NCBI GenBank assembly: GCA_013817555.1
Contig: JACDCN010000001.1
Location: 1-38,900 of the forward strand
DNA length: 38,900 nucleotides
Direction of reading: 5' to 3'
From: Actinomycetota bacterium
GTDB taxonomy: Bacteria > Actinomycetota > Thermoleophilia > Gaiellales > Gaiellaceae
Part shown: piece after piece, positions 37,216-38,900 of the stretch
How positions within the stretch are numbered: position 1 is the first letter of the stretch
Layout of the letters: the number at the start of each line of letters is the position of its first letter
The notes under the pieces: generated by a model
Database searches by the model: none
Told to the model about the DNA's origin: nothing
Seen by the model: the letters and a program-made list of their open reading frames with translations, nothing else
Position numbers and translations under genes: made by a program

Positions 37216-38684
37216 AAGATCGCCACCTCTCCGACGTCGTTCTCGGTCGCCGACCAGAGCGCGAGCGTGGCAGCGACGAGTGGCGAAATGTTCACGGTCG
37301 ACTTGGTGCGTGACCACGCCCAGCGATCGACGAGCGGACGAGCCTTGGCACCGCGGATCGCAGAGTCGAGCTCCGGCTGCCCCAGGTGCCTGAGCGTCTT
37401 CTCGCCCACGCAGTCGACGAAGAGACCGCACGCCTTGCCGTAGTCGCCCGAGTCCATTCGCTTGACCTTGATCCCGGCCTCGTCGAGACGATTGGCGATG
37501 GCTGCACTGGGCCCGAAACCGTCGCAGACCACTTCGGCGATCTCGTGCGTTCGGTACAGGTCGATCAGCCGATCGACGAGCCAGCCGGTGCCCGAGCGGC
37601 AGGCGATCACTTCGACCATCATCTTGCCCGTCTCGCTCCTACCGGCAGCGACGATCGAGGAGTGACGTTCCGGCGAAACATCGCAGGAAACGCACACCGG
37701 ATCAATGAGCACTTCGTCGGGATCGAGAACGTCCGCCCACAGCTCGGGAGAGATGAGAACATCGGCGGAACCGTCCGTCGCCGGCCAGTCACCCACGCCC
37801 AGAAGCTCGACAGCGAACGTGCGAGGATCCAGCGAGCGCTGCTCTCGCGCCATGTGCTCCTCGGAGATGCGGATGCCTAGACCTGGGTTCGACGAGCGCC
37901 AGAGCTCGACGTCGAGTGCCTGCGCTTCCGAAAGATCGTCGGGGTGCTCTCCCTCGACTGAAAACTCGATGTATCCCAGCGACTCATCGTCTCCCCGCAG
38001 CCCGCGTTCACGAATACGAGCCCATACGATCCCGTGGTCGTGGATCTCTTGATCGACGGCCGAACCGGTGTAAACGAGTTGCGGGCCACGCGGAGCCTTG
38101 GACGCGCGCAGCGTCGGCATCATCGCGCCGTGCGATGCGCCGTTGATGATCATGGCCTCGTCCAAATTCAGGTAGTCGACGCCGGCGAAACCACGGAGAC
38201 CTGACTTCGTACGAGTGACGAAGCGCATGCGGGTTCCGTCGGGCATGTAGATCCCCTCTTGCCCATGCGAGCGGCGGATCTGCTTGACCTTGAGGTCAGC
38301 GCTCTCGACCAGTTGCTCGAGACGTAGGAAATGCTCCTCCGAGGTCTTGAACTCATGGGCCGAGTGAACTCCCAGCTTCTCGCCGGTGATGCCGGCCAGC
38401 AGCGCGAGCTCTCGCACCTCGAGGACGACGCCCTTCCCGTTCTGACGGGTGACGTTGATCCCGAACTCGAAGTGCAGCCAGCGCTCATTCGCTCCGACCG
38501 ACATGAGATCGCGTAGCGCCTCGGCTTGCCAGTCGTCGAGAATCATCCCAGCCGCTGCCGCGAGCTCGATCGCCTCGTCTGCAAGGGTCGACGTCCAGGC
38601 ATGAACCGCGTGGATGCGCGGGCCGGTCGCGAGAGCTACCACCGGCGCGACTGCTTCCTCGCCTGCTGGGTTGCTCTGTTGCAA
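37212..38684 (-). CDS. terL: Terminase large subunit
   Basis: 490-aa ORF with a terminase-like ATPase and nuclease layout (DDWQAEALRDLM, GKGVVLE, VDYLNLDEAM). It lies between the HNH and portal genes. The start is TTG 38684 or GTG 38642. Confidence 0.9.
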   Translation of the reverse strand: MQQSNPAGEEAVAPVVALATGPRIHAVHAWTSTLADEAIELAAAAGMILDDWQAEALRDLMSVGANERWLHFEFGINVTRQNGKGVVLEVRELALLAGITGEKLGVHSAHEFKTSEEHFLRLEQLVESADLKVKQIRRSHGQEGIYMPDGTRMRFVTRTKSGLRGFAGVDYLNLDEAMIINGASHGAMMPTLRASKAPRGPQLVYTGSAVDQEIHDHGIVWARIRERGLRGDDESLGYIEFSVEGEHPDDLSEAQALDVELWRSSNPGLGIRISEEHMAREQRSLDPRTFAVELLGVGDWPATDGSADVLISPELWADVLDPDEVLIDPVCVSCDVSPERHSSIVAAGRSETGKMMVEVIACRSGTGWLVDRLIDLYRTHEIAEVVCDGFGPSAAIANRLDEAGIKVKRMDSGDYGKACGLFVDCVGEKTLRHLGQPELDSAIRGAKARPLVDRWAWSRTKSTVNISPLVAATLALWSATENDVGEVAIF

Positions 38685-38900
38685 CTCGCGTGGCTCGGCC
38701 CAAGGTAGCCGCGACGGTCGTCACAATGGTCGAGATCCCAGAGCTGGCCGGGAACGATCAACTCGCCGCATCGAGCGCAAGCCGTCCGTCCCCATGCCAC
38801 GATTCGGGCGTATCTACGCCGAAGTGCCTGATGTCCTGCCCCGTAGCCGCGAGCCGTCGCGTTCTTTCGCGCCTTGCGGCGATTGCGCGATGGTCGGGGA
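38636..38900 (-). CDS. HNH endonuclease (3' part; the 5' end is outside the window)
   Basis: Hand translation of the frame ending at TAG 38638-38636: ...RRKARKNATARGYGAGHQALRRRYARIVAWGRTACARCGELIVPGQLWDLDHCDDRRGYLGPSHASCNRATQQARKQSRRW. This is the classic packaging-associated phage HNH. Confidence 0.8.
   Translation of the reverse strand, partial: PRPSRNRRKARKNATARGYGAGHQALRRRYARIVAWGRTACARCGELIVPGQLWDLDHCDDRRGYLGPSHASCNRATQQARKQSRRW

Larger units (their letters stand above)
1..38900 (-). mobile_element. Temperate siphovirus-type phage genome segment (HK97-like head module), non-integrated gene order
   Basis: There is a continuous run of phage packaging, head, tail, lysis, switch and early genes. 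The integrase is internal with phage genes on both sides, and no recognisable host genes are present. Confidence 0.85.

Noticed and set aside
37216-37431. The N-terminal extension of the portal ORF (track start 37431)
   Set aside because: It lies inside the terminase gene in another frame and is Arg-rich. TTG 37215 or ATG 37128 gives a coupled or plausible start.

Overview
This GC-rich 38.9-kb window is a temperate, siphovirus-type phage genome with an HK97-like head module, from end to end. It appears to be in its non-integrated arrangement, because phage genes flank the integrase on both sides and no host genes are visible. Only two genes lie on the plus strand, the lysogeny block at 11217-12034. 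Every other supported gene is on the minus strand, so the biological order runs from 38900 down to 1.

Gene order:
- Packaging and head: HNH endonuclease, large terminase, portal, prohead protease, major capsid.
- A block of unassignable virion-type ORFs that includes a fibre-like protein.
- A 705-aa protein made of about 30 degenerate 20-aa repeats.
- A gp6-like head-tail adaptor.
- A four-enzyme carbohydrate-tailoring cassette: FemAB/GNAT-like, MTase-like, CE4 deacetylase and GT2.
- Tail: major tail protein, G/GT tail chaperone with a CCCCCCG -1 slippery site, an oddly placed HK97 gp10-like gene, an 809-aa tape measure, and a very small tail-tip set.
- Lysis cassette: GH-like lysin with no canonical start, M23 peptidase, and small TM proteins.
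- A collagen-repeat membrane protein and a secreted protein.
- A second holin-like gene, a Sec-signal pectate lyase, a beta-helix protein and a DNRLRE-like protein.
- A divergent HTH switch.
- The early operon: HNH, an SSB-like protein ending in DDDIPF, a Toprim primase, SWIM, DUF1508, tyrosine integrase, C5 methyltransferase, an HTH protein and another HNH.

Most gene junctions are 4-nt ATGA/GTGA/TTGA overlaps. Most plus-strand and alternate-frame entries in the ORF track are GC-driven shadow ORFs.

All functional calls come from motifs I recognised by eye. No database search or computation was possible, and several start codons were re-derived by hand from the sequence.
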